Assembly: GCA_004431415.1 (NCBI GenBank)
Contig: QPMI01000031.1
Location: forward strand, 28,604-92,603
Direction of reading: 5' to 3'
DNA: 64,000 nt
Origin: Cyanophora paradoxa CCMP329
Lineage: Eukaryota; Plantae; Glaucophyta
The position numbers were made by a program, and so were the translations under genes. This document shows, one piece after another, positions 13,163 to 24,583 of this stretch (position 1 is the first letter of the stretch; the number at the start of each line of letters is the position of its first letter). The notes under the pieces are model-generated. The model was given only the letters and a program-made list of their open reading frames with translations, had not been told where the DNA came from and searched no databases.

Positions 13163-13449
13163 ACGGCCCCAGATCTCGCATGCGGGCGACTGGCAGCACA
13201 AGCTGCGACGTTCGATGTGGATGCGCATTGGCGACCGCCGCCCTCCAGCGCTCCCTTGCTCCCCCGGCGCTACGGGCAGGAGCGCTGCGACCGCTGACGA
13301 GGCTAATTGTAGTGTCTGGTTTAGTTTCAGTTATTGAATGTTTAGTGCGTTTAGATGTAGAACAGCGCTTCTCGTATGTGCAATGCGAGTTCGGATGCAT
13401 CGGACTGCGTGCTGGGGGCGGCCGTGGCCGCGGTGCTGGGGGTAGCGGA

Positions 13450-13671
13450 GCCTGATTCAGCCTGATATAAACCTGATATTAAAGCCTGATTGAAGCCTGA
13501 TTCAGCCTGCTTTAAGCCTGATTCAAGCCTGTCTCGGCCTGTTTAAAATCAGGTTTAGTCCTCCGAAATAAGGCTGAGCCTGTTTCGCCAAGCCTGATCA
13601 TGACTCGGCCTGATTGAAGCCTGTTTCAGATCAGGTTGAGACAGGCCCCGGCGACCCCCTTTTTACTAGTG
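13450..13671 (-). mobile_element. CACTA/EnSpm-like transposon terminus with subterminal repeats (solo end)
   Basis: Minus strand begins CACTAGTAAAAAGGGGG at 13671, preceded on the plus strand by an array of ~11-12-bp AGCCTGATT-type repeats. No partner end seen. Confidence 0.55.
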
Positions 13672-15212
13672 TAGCCAGTACTAGTGCGCCACGTGCACGC
13701 CTTTAGTTTGCTGCTTACTCAACCTTGCAATTACCTTCGAATTATGATATCGATTTGTGTGATATCGATTTGATATCGCAGGCGGCGGCCGCTCGGAGCA
13801 GCTGGTGCTCACGGCGTCGCCCGGCCCTGGCCCCGGTGCGCGCCCCCCCTCTTCTCTAGCTATAGCCTCTTCTAAGACTCCCCTCCCCTCCGCTCCGTTT
13901 TTCTAAGGGCATCGGGCTCCTCCGCCCCCGCTCCGGATCCCCCTCCCCTCTCATGTCGATATCTTCTTGAATTCGAAAGACTAGTGGAGTAGACTACGAG
14001 CCTCGCAGGGCAGCCAGACTCTGTCGAGTTCTGTGGAACGAGTTTTGCGGCACGAGACTGCGCGTAACGGGCTGGACCGCCGGGCTAGCGCTATAGCTAG
14101 GCTAGGGAAGAGAGAAAAGCTGAGGGGGGGGGGGGGGGGGGGGGGGGGACAAGGAGGAGGATGGAGGAGGGGGGAGGGGGGGAGGGAGCTCATGATCACG
14201 CCAAAGGGAATTTCGAAGCGGGATTGGAGGCGGATCCGGACCAGCCACCACGGCCGCCGCGGACCCCGCCGCGCTCGCGATCGGAGGTTGCGTTTTCGCC
14301 CGCGAACCGCCCCCTATAGCTAGGCCTGCCGATGCACACGCGCGCTTCGTCAGATCTAGCACTGGTGCCTAAGGAAGTTTGTTTCCCGCGGGAAACATTC
14401 ACATGTTTCCCTATAGGTATGGCACCGGGGCGGCCGACCCCAATGGGGACCATCAGGTGGGAAACGTCAGGTGGGAAACATCGCTAAGTTTGAGACCGGG
14501 TAACTTTTTTTTTCGTTTGCCCATTACCCGACCCATCTAGCTGGTTTTTACATCGCCAAACATGCGCAACGTTAACGCGTGTACTCTTTATACACATGTA
14601 CAACTCAAGCTAACGAGCTAGCTAAGATCCTAGCGAGCTAGCTAAGATCCTAGCGAGTTAGCTAGCTAAGATCCGAGCTAGCTAGGCCAGGATCCGATGA
14701 TCTTCTGCTTGCTGGGCTGCATCGTACGCGTGCTGTGCTAACGCTGCGAGGCGAGCAATATATATCATAGTATAGCTAGCTATAGCGCTGCTCTAGATCT
14801 CCTACTCAGTACTTGCTGCGCGCAGCTGCAGCTGCAGCTGCAGCGGATCATGATCATGACTCATGACCGCGTGCCATACGCATGCCAACGCTGCGCATGC
14901 CAACGCAATAATTAGCTATATTACTAGTGCAGCTTGCTATGATAGCAATTGCAAGTTCAAAGCACCTCATGATCATGATATTGACCGGCCACGGGCGGCT
15001 GCAGCTGGCTGAGACCAGTAGAAGAAAACTGCGTGTATACATTCGTACAAAGCCATTACGCAATCGGTTTTAATAATCATGTATAAACGTATATTGCAGA
15101 GACATCTGATTGAGCGGAAAATTGAGCGAAGGCCCGCGAGCGAGTAAGCCGGCGCAGTGGGGCTTCCCCAACGCGGGTGCCTGCTAGCACTGCACGTGGC
15201 TGGTCCCAAAAC

Positions 15213-15700
15213 TCGCGCGGCCGACGCTCCGTAGTCCAGCCCGACCGAACTCCAAACCCAGCGAACATCGACCGCCCAGCCGCGGCCCCATGCCCGCCAC
15301 CTCAGCGGAGACAGCAGCCACACCGTCGGATGCGCCCCCGGACGCACCGACGCCCCGCCCGCTGCTCACGGTCGCCTTTTTGAATGTCGAAAGCCTTGCA
15401 GGCATACCTCGGCGCATCTGGCTCACCGGATGGCTCAAGCGTACCAAAGTGGACGTCCTCGGCATCGTTGACCACCGGCTCAATCCGAAGCAGATCGCGG
15501 CCCTTACGCAGCGCATCGAATCATCGTGGCGCGTGCTCATCCCGCCCGCCGCAGAGCTTAAACCCAACGTCTGGAGCCGAGGCACCGGTTTCCTCGTCCG
15601 CAAAGCCATCCCGGCCCTCCCCGGTGCTACAGCCACGCTCGTGCCCCTCCCGCCCACGCCGGGCCTGCGGCCGCACGATGCTTCACTACTTCGCCTCTCC
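15213..15700 (+). repeat. 488-bp direct repeat, copy 1 (LINE 5' UTR and start of the endonuclease ORF)
   Basis: Apparently identical to 26975-27462 (offset 11762). ORFs at 15290 and 27052 translate identically up to ...SLLRLS. Confidence 0.95.
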
Positions 15701-15952
15701 CCAAGTTTCAAACTGAACGGAGTTTGCGTCACGCCCCGCCCATTGTTAACTTCTTCCGCCAATGAAATTAGCCCAGCGCAAACTTGAGCTCGAACTTGGC
15801 CTCGTACACAGTGGCGTACACACGCGGCCACAACGGTCACAGTAACGGTCAGCAGGCCGGCTTGCTAGTCAGCTTCCCTCGGCTAGGCCGGACTAGCTAG
15901 CTTCCCGCCATCGCGCACGCCCGAGCGCGAGCATTCCTGCACGCCGCCGTGC

Positions 15953-17880
15953 ATGAAGCAGTCAAAGCGAAAGGAACCCAGCCTCTGGGATGACGGCTTC
16001 GACGAGGCCCGACGTCGGCACCGCTGGCACGGCAAGCGACCCGACAGCAGCAGCTCGTGGGCCGGCAAGGGCAACATGAAGCGTGTCAACAAGATCACTC
16101 AGCAGGCGCGCAAGGCGAAGGAGCCCAAGCTCCCTGACCTCGACATCCTCAAGGGCGAGCACCCCGCGGCAACGGTCCGCTGCCTGGACACCAGCGGCCG
16201 CGCCTACCACGTTCGCCTTGGCGACTTCGTCATCTGTTCAGTTAGCTCAGACACCCAGCTGTGTCCAGAACTCAGCGTCGTTCGCCCGAAGCCCTTCCAT
16301 TTCCCGCGCCCAGGTGAAACGATTTTGGCGCGAGTCGAGGGCGAGTTCCCAACACAGACGAAGGCGAAGCGCGGCGACTTCAACTACTCCGTCAACGGCG
16401 TCATCCTTCGGCGCTTCGTGCGCCCGGAGGACTCCGATGTGAAGGACTGCGGGCTCGGCAGCGTGATCATCAAGGCAGACGGGGAGCAGGCAGCCGTGGC
16501 CATCGCAAACCACCTCATCTACTACTCGAACGTGACGGTCCGCCCGCCGCGCCCGCGCCCCGTTCCAGCGTCCGATGCCCGTGCGCGCAGGTTCACGCAC
16601 CCGCGAAGGTGGTGGCCGCGGACGAGTACAAAGCCCTCAACCACGCCGATCCCCACATCTACGTCTGTAAGCAAATCATGACGTTCCCGGGCGACGGCTC
16701 CTTCCAGTTCGACGTCGCCCTCGCCTTCAACGCGAGGCTCAAGCGAGTGGCGAAGAAGAAGATGGCGTGCTTCCTCCGGCCGCTGTCGAGGCCGGAGGAG
16801 CGCGTGGAGGCGATTGGCTACCTTCAGGACGCCGCCGCGAACGCCCTCAAGCGCCGGAAGACCGGGACGCAGCTTGTCAACGTCAAGATCCCGGTGGCCG
16901 GGCCGGCAATGTTGGTCTGCGGCTCTTATGACTCGTTCGAAGTTCTTTTTCCTATCCTCTAACGGTGCGCATCGCAGGAGAACATCGTGGCGCAGGTCGC
17001 GCACGTCGCCACGCCCATCGACCCGAAGACGGGCCAGCCGATCCCGGTTGACAAGCTGCCGGCGGCGAATCGCTTCGTTATCGAGCTTCCGGACCGCGAG
17101 ACCGCTGCTGGTGGAAGCCGCTTCCTTTTTCCCGCTCGCTGTTCTTTTTCCGACCTCTTTGCAGCTGTTCTCGGTCCCTCCGGCGTGGCGCAAGCGTCCA
17201 AGCGCGTCTGCAAGCGGGACGCGGACGGGAAGGCGATCCGGAAGCACAGCGAGATGCAGACCGTCACCGTCGAGAAGGCGTACGGCGGCTTAATCGTGCC
17301 GCGCCACACGGGCTCCCATGACGTCGTCCAGTTCGACGAGCGTGCGCCCGGCCCGCCCTCGCCGCGCCGCTCGCTTACGAAGCTCTGCTCCTTGGGCGCG
17401 GCAGGTCCCGGTCGGATCGTGGCCACGAAGCGCTCGGGCAGGAAAGGTGGGCACGTCACGCTCGAGCTTCCGAGCTACGAGTACGGCCCCGACGGCGAGC
17501 GCATCGCCAGCCTCGCGGGGCCCCTCGCGGCTGTCCCCGTGAAGCGCCCGCGCCGGTGCCGCGCCGGCGCCAACACCGTCGCCAAGGCGCCGCCTGTCCC
17601 CGAAGCAGCCCCTTCAGAACCTGCCGCCGCCGCCCTGCCGGCCCCCGCCGCCGCCGCCCTGCCGGCCCCCGCCGTCGCCGCCCCGCCGGCCCCGCCGCCG
17701 CCGCCCTGCCGGCCGCCGCCGCCGCCGCCCGCCCGCCCCCGCCCCGCCGGTCGCCGCCCTGTCGGCCCCTGCTGCTGCTGCCCCACCGGCCGCTGCCGCC
17801 CTACCTGCCCCCGCCGCATCCGCCTCGGTCCCCAAGTGCGCCCCCTCCCCTCGCCCCCGCTCGGCTACTTGCTCGCCTAA
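15953..17880 (+). CDS. BAH-domain-containing protein, multi-exon, Pro/Ala-rich C-terminus
   Basis: YHVRLGDFVIC...TILARVEGEF...ILRRFVRPED...LIYYSN|VVAADEYKAL..HIYVCKQ follows the BAH pattern (GDxV, ARI/V, F-x-RPE, V..EY, Y/FxC). Recognised by eye. Confidence 0.6.
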
Positions 17881-17993
17881 TCCTGCAGCAGGAAGGATCG
17901 CGCGGCACAGCTCGCGGCCGCGGTGGCGGCGCGCAAGAGGGCAAAGTCGTGAAGCTGCTACTGAGAATCGCACTATCTAGGTTACAAGGTGCG

Positions 17994-20900
17994 CTATGTC
18001 TGGTCCAAATCCATTTCGTCTATTTCCCCCTCCGCTAGATCGTCTGCTAGAACCTCTGCTAGGGCCCTATCATCGAAATCGAGCATGTTGGCGCCCTCAT
18101 CCTCCGCCTCCATCTCCTCCTCCGCCTCCTCCTCTGCCTCGGCGTCGTACTCGGCGGTCTCCTCCTCCTCCTCCTCCTCGTCCCCGCTCTCCTCGGGCAC
18201 CTCGTCCTCCGGCACCGGATCCCCTCCTGCAGCTCAATATCCTCGTCGATCTCCTCCTCGTCCGCAGGCAGGGGCACCGCTGCCACCTCCTCGCCCCCGG
18301 CGGCGCCGCCGCCGCCCCTTCGCCCTGCATAGCCGCTGACCGGTGGGACGGGCCGCAGGTCGGGGGATGAAGGGCCCATCTGGCCAGGCCTTGGCGGCGA
18401 CGGGCGCGTCGTACTCGGCGTGGGCAGCGTCCTTCCCGCCGGCGCTCGCCTCCGTCATGTTCCGCATCCACAGCGCCAGGCGCCGCCGCTGGTGCGTCAT
18501 GATCTGCTTGAGCATGTCGAGGTCCTTGTTCCACCCGCCACCGAGAGACGTGACGGTGTGTCGCAGGCGCCGAAGGAGGCCCATGTAGGACTCGATGACC
18601 TCGCAGCTCCAACGGCCGGGCGCGTTCGTGTTGTCGACGCGCGCCCAGAACGCGAGGTGCGCAAGCGTCGAGTGCATGTAGCGTGTGAAGATCTTCCATA
18701 ACGGGAAGTGTGTCTCCATCAGGCCCTGGAGCTCGGCGACGGCCTCGATAACTTGCTGCCGCGCCTCCTCGTCGGGCTTCATGTTCCGCTCGTACTGGTA
18801 GATGATCTGGCGGAGCTGCCAAATCTCGTGCATGCCCCTCGTCTTCTCGCTCCAGCTCTCCTTACTGTCGCCGAAGCAGATGCTGAAGAGGGTGTCGGGC
18901 GCCTCGGGGTCCTCCAGGATCTTCTTGGCGGTGTTGGCGGAGATCTTCTGGAAGAACTTGTAGGTGGCCCCGTTCTCGGTCTTCTCGAACTTGATGTTCC
19001 GCGCGTATTTATCGCGAAGATGACGCTGCAGGTCTTCGATGCGCTTCTGCTGGTCCTCGGAGGCACCACAGGCGAGGGCGAGGAAGAAGTAGACGAAGAA
19101 CCCGGCCACCCAGCTCTTGATGCCGTGCAGGGCGTCGTCGAGCCGGACCTGAGGTGCGCGTTGGCGTCCGCTGAGGCGAGGTGTCGCGGGCTTCTCACCT
19201 CGACGGCAGCGACGGGCAGCATGCTGTTCGGGAGCGGCTGCAGGAGGGCGTTGGCGTCGTGCTCGGGGGTGCGGATTCTCTGTTCGCTGGCTGGAGGGAG
19301 GCCGTCCCGATCCCGCGGCCCTGCTGCGCGCACGACTTCGACCGCCGAGCAATCGGACCTGCAGTAACGTGAGCCCCATGCCGAATCTCAGCGCGTGTGA
19401 CTCGGCGAACTGACCCGCGTCGGTGGACAGAATCGCAGTGCGGGCACAGGTCGAAGCCGAGGAGGACGCGGAGGAACTTGTAGTCGCCCGTCACCAAGAA
19501 TTCGACCTCGACGGGCTTGTCGTGCTCGTACCCGGGGATCAGGGTGAGCGGGTTCTCGTTCAGGTACTCGACCATGTCGGCGAGGGGCTTGATGCGTGGG
19601 CGCAGGTTCTCCTCGCTGTCGCTACCGCCGAAGAGCATTAGGGGCAGGAGGGCGTAGCAGCTCTGAACGCCCTTCAGCGGGTGGTACGCCTGCGTCCCGT
19701 CCTCCTCGATGACGTAGTAGCCGTCGACGATTGCCACGATGCAGGTCATGCCGTCGGTCGTGGAGACGCTCTTCCCGCGGAACGCGATCGTCCCGTCGCC
19801 CGCCAGGCGGACTCGAGGTCTGATCTTCTTCCCCCTGTGCTTGTGCAGCGGGACGAAAGCGCTGATGAGGGCCGACAGGGCGGGCGTCGGCGTGACAGCT
19901 CTGCGGGGCGGCGGCGCTGCCGCCTCTCCGCCCGCCGCCGGCGCTGCCGCCTCTCCGCCCGCCGCCGGCGCTGCGCTCGACGGAGGCACAAAGAGCTCGA
20001 GCATGACGCCCGGCTTGCCCTTGTTCTCCTCGTCGCCGACGCCCGCCGCTGTTTCGACGATCTGCACGATCTGCACCGCTCGGTGAGCCTCGTCCCTCAC
20101 CCCCGCCCCGCGCGCGCGCGCCGCGCCTTCTCGAGGTCATCGTTGACCTTGCCCCGTAGCTTCGTGATGCAGTGCTTCGACGGGAGGAAGGCTCGCAGCC
20201 CCACGAAGTGCTTCTTCAGGGCCTTCTTGAGGAGCTTCGTGAACTCAAAGTACGTCGCCTGCCCGGGTCGGTTTAGAACGGGATGGGGGGTTAAAACATT
20301 CGAGAAAGGGCGCACGTCCGAGATGCAGTGGCGGTCCTTCCACTCTAGAATCTCGCAGTCGGGAAGGTGTCCCGCAGCTTCCTGCAGGCGATGCTCATCG
20401 CCTTCTTCACTTGCAGCTGACCCGATTTGCTCGTTTCCAGGGCTCGTTGGGCCTGCGGACGGTGGTTCAGAAAGGTGCTCTTCTCCAACGATTTTGTAGC
20501 CTATTAAAGTACGATTCTCGGTAGCTCTTTTTATGTATAATAACGCGCACTGCGTGTGGCCCGATGATGCTCACGAGGCGGCGTGCCTCCGCCTCCAGCG
20601 CCTCCCTCCTCTTCTGATAGGCGCCCTCCTCCTCTCCTTTGTTCCTGGGGCGCCCTGGATAAGCATGCATATGCCTGCGCGCGCGCCGCCCCGCCTTGTA
20701 CCTCGCGAAGTTCTTTTTAAACATGGGGAGGCGGATCTGGATGTCCGGACTCGCAGCGTTTAGAATCGTCGAGAGCAGCATGCGGAGGAACCGCGTGCGC
20801 CGCTGCCTGGACGTATCCGAGCATCCCTTCCCAGGGACCTGCCTAGCTATGCGCGAGATGGTCGCTGCACGCTGTGCCGAAGTCCGCGGGACCTTGGCGC

Positions 20901-21571
20901 GCTTCGACTGGTGCTCCTCCCTAAGCTTCTTGTTCTCCGCCTCAAGCACTGCGATGCGCTCGTCGCGCGCTTTGAGCGTCGCCTTGCGGACGATCCGCTC
21001 CTCAGGCGGCACATCTTCCTTGCCGCGAGCGCGTTTCGGGGCGGTGCCGGGGCCGGGGGCCGGCCGCGGCGCCGGGCTCGGCGCCTCATTAAGAACTGCA
21101 TTCGTCTGCTCGCGGCCGGGCAGAGAGCATACACTCGTAAGCGCGGGCAAGTCAAGTCATGACATCGAATTTGAATGAGCGGCATACCACGTCGGCGCCG
21201 AACGCGCGACGACCGCGCTGCTGCTGCTGCTCTGGGCTAATCTGAGGCGATTGCGGGCTCGCTGGAGCCGATGGCGACCCGGGTGGCGAAGCTGGAGGGC
21301 TCTGCAGGATGCACTGGAGGAACACAGCCACTGCGGTGGCCTCTTGAAGCGCCGCCGTGCAAGCTAAGCTATGCGGATACAATGGAGACGCAATGCCGCG
21401 CGCCTCCAGTTCCAGGTGGGCGTTTCGGCTGTGGGTGAGCACTGCGATGATCCGCATAAGCGCCTGGTACGCGACCGACGCGTCCGCCATCTCTAAAACG
21501 ACTGCTGCGGGCGCTGGAAACGTTTGGGGCGCGGGCTGGGCCGCGGGACGGGGCGCGATGGGTCGCTGCAT
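17994..21571 (-). CDS. RAG1/Transib-like DDE transposase with CCHH zinc motif and acidic tail; multi-exon
   Basis: RLAGDG (first Asp, ~19795), VTGDYKFL (second Asp, ~19483), CPHC, DDALHG, TRYMHSTLAHL, GRWSCEVIESYMGLLRR (Glu, ~18591). Collinear with RAG1 ESCDG, YDEK..CTLC, IDALHC, NYFHKTLAHV, GAWASEGNESGNKLFRR. Confidence 0.85.
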
Positions 21572-21973
21572 CGCGCGGGCGGGTTCAAAACTCGGAAAAA
21601 AAGATCGCGTGTACCTCCCCTGCCATCTGCGGAAGCGGCAGCTCCGAGCGCCGCGAGCAAGCATACACATCCGCGACAGTTAGGCGCCGAAGAGCAGCAG
21701 GCGAGCCCAGCATGCGCGATAATGCGCAATTGCGATGCATAGCTACCTTAGGCGAAGCGGCTGGTCCACCCGCGCGGTCCTTGCCGGCCGCGATGCTCGC
21801 TCGTCGATATGGGTATGACGCGCTAAGCAAGGGGAGCATGCCCAGACTGGGTACGCAAACTGCTGAACGTCCAACTCCAGCTGAACGCCCTGCAGCTGGT
21901 GGGCCTGAAGCAGCCTCAAGCGTTAGCTATGTCGCATCGACAGTGTAGCTATGTTAGCTGTGGAGCGAAGCAT

Positions 21974-22706
21974 ATGCCCGCTGACTACGTGTCCGAGGAG
22001 GAGGACCAGGAGGAGACCATCAACGCGCCGTGCAATCGCCCAATGACTTCGTCTGTCATCGAGATCAACAGCAGCGACTCGGAGAGCGATGGACCAGCGG
22101 CAGCGCGCCGAGCGCAGGGCGCGCATGAAGGCGGACGAGGAGCGCGCGCTCGAGGAGGAGGATGAGATCAGGCGGCGCCACCAGGCAGCTTTGGAGGTCA
22201 ACCTCGCAATAGAGCGCGACTCGGTGAGGCCATACAAGCTGGCCGAGCTCAAGCAGTTGCTGGAGTACGCGCGCGCGTGGATGCGCGAGCACGAGCAGCT
22301 GTACGAGCAGTTCGAGGTCGCGCTGGCGCACAACAACCTCCTCGAGGCCATTAACCTGCGGTCGGAGATCCGCAAGCACCGCAGCACGGCGCGCTTCTGC
22401 GGGCAGGACCCCCTCGGGCTCTACGAGGAGGCGGCCTTCAAGCCTCTCTATGACAACGTGACGGCCTTGCAGCGGCGGGCGGGGCAGATGGAGCATTTCG
22501 GCGACAATCTCTTCAAGTGCGCGGAGCACTTCCAGCGGGTGCGCATCCGGCAGCAGCAGGCGGCGGCGGCGGCGGCGGCGGAGGCGGCGGAGGCGGCGGC
22601 GGAGGCGGACGGGGCTGCTGCTGCTGCTCGGTGCAAGCGCCGCCGCCTGCGTCGCGGCGACGGCGTGCTCGTCTCGCGGCCGGACGATGCCGACGACGAA
22701 GCGTAG
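21974..22706 (+). CDS. Hypothetical helical/coiled-coil protein, divergent from the transposase
   Basis: ORF 22089-22706 has protein-like, charged helical composition; probable short upstream exon MPADYVSEEED. Confidence 0.55.
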
Positions 22707-22708
22707 CG

Positions 22709-22990
22709 CCGTTAGCCGCCCCCGCCCCGCCGTTAGCCGCCCCCGCCCCGCCGGCCCCGCCCCCGCCCCGCCGGCCCCCGCCCCGCCCCGCCGGCCCCCG
22801 CCCCGCCCCGCCCGCCCCGCCCCCGCCCCGCCCCGCCCCGCCCCGCCCCCGCCCGCCCCCGCCCCGCCCGCCCCGCCCCGCCCCCGCCCGCCGCCCCGCC
22901 CCGCCCCGCCCCGCCCCGCCCGCCCCGCCCCGCCCCGCCGGCCCCCGCCCCCGCCCCGCCGGCCCCCGCCCCCGCCCCGCCGGTCGCCGC
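22709..22990. repeat. (CCCCG)n low-complexity tract
   Basis: About 280 bp of CCCCG/CCCG units. Confidence 0.9.
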
Positions 22991-24583
22991 CCTGCCGGCG
23001 ACGGCGTCCTCGTCTCGCGGCCGGACGATGTCTGCAGCTAGAGTCACCAGCTGCAGTCTGCACCTGGCTTGAATACGACAGATTTACTAGTTATTCTGCT
23101 ATCGTGCGCGCACCGTGGCACCGTGGCACCGTGGCACTCAGTGACTACCGAGAGTGGCGGGCGGGCTGGCGGGGCGGGCTGACAGGGCGGGGCGCCTGGC
23201 GGGACAGTCGGGGGCCTCCGGGACACTCTGGCAGTCCGGGGGCCTCGGGAGCCTATTTTCGCGCCATACAAGGCCTCCCCCGACCCTGCAGCTGCATAGG
23301 AGGCCTTATATAGTGCTTTAAAAAGGTTCTCTAAGCTTTTTTCGATGTCTCCCAGCTCCTGGGGCGATGGGCCCAATTTGGAAGGGCCAAAAGTCAGCAG
23401 AAGACTAGCTGTAACGTAGTGTATAGGCGTATGATGAGTCATATGGTATGACGGGTTAAATGGGCCCATCGCGGGGGCTTTGTGCAGGGCACTAAATAAC
23501 GCCGTGTGACGCCTCTACATCTTGAATAAAAAGTTCTAATCAAGATACGAGGCTGCCGTGCTTCAATCGCAAGCCTCGGAGTGCAGATTCCCTGGCAGAT
23601 CAAAAATTGCGAACGCGATACCGGGGTCGCCGCGCGCTCGCAGCCTTGCGAAACCTTGAGAGCGGATAAGATTGCCGCCGACAGCGAGCCCAGCTCCCCG
23701 CTCGCAGTGCAGCCGCGCGCTTAAGGCGCCGGCCAGCCACTTGGCCCGGCTGCAGCTGCTCCGGCACGGGCGGCCTCAGCCAGCCGGCACCATGCTATCG
23801 CAGCTTCAGCCATGAGCCTCGGAGAGGGCGGAAGTCTCCGAGGCTCGGTCCGCGATCCAGGGCAGGCGTGCGTATGTTCCAAGTTCGCGGGCGAGGGCGT
23901 GCGCCTCGCCGAATCGTTGTCGCGGCGTGCGCCTCGCCAGGTGTACTACAGTGCCACAGTGCCACGTTGTCGAAAGCGCGAGCCGCTCAGTCAGCCGAGT
24001 TTCCTCCGCTGGCCAACCGGGTACGCATACGCCCGGCCCGGCCCGGCATGCCACGAGAGCGCCCGCGGCGCTTCACGCGGTCTTCCTTCATCTCCGTGAC
24101 CCGCTTCTGCGAGACGAGGTCGGTGGGGGCAGCGGCTGCTTGCCGCAGTGCATGGATTGCCAGCCCCAGGTGCGAGGCCTTGACTCATCCCGAGCTTCCC
24201 GAGCAGATTACCAGGCGCGCCGGCGTAGCTCAGCGCCGATTGGGTCTGGCACGGTCCGCCTTTGCGGCCGACCCCGGTTCCGTGCCCAAGCCGTTCCGAC
24301 CTTCCCGAGCAGATTACCAGGCGCGCCGGGCGCACCTAGCTCAGCGTCGCCGAGCTTATAGGCTAGGCTTGCTCGGAGGCTCCGGATGCACGCACAGTTA
24401 GCCAACCCAGCCGCGCCCCGCGTCCCCGCCCGGCTGTCGTGTGGGCGACGCATGCGCAAAAGGAACACAAATTTTTCTCATCCGATGAGAGCTCTAGCTA
24501 TGCAGGACGAAGCGAGCGGGCCGGGGCTAGCGCCCGATGGCGGGCGCCTCGAAAGGCGACGTCTCCGGCGGCACAGCAGCGTG

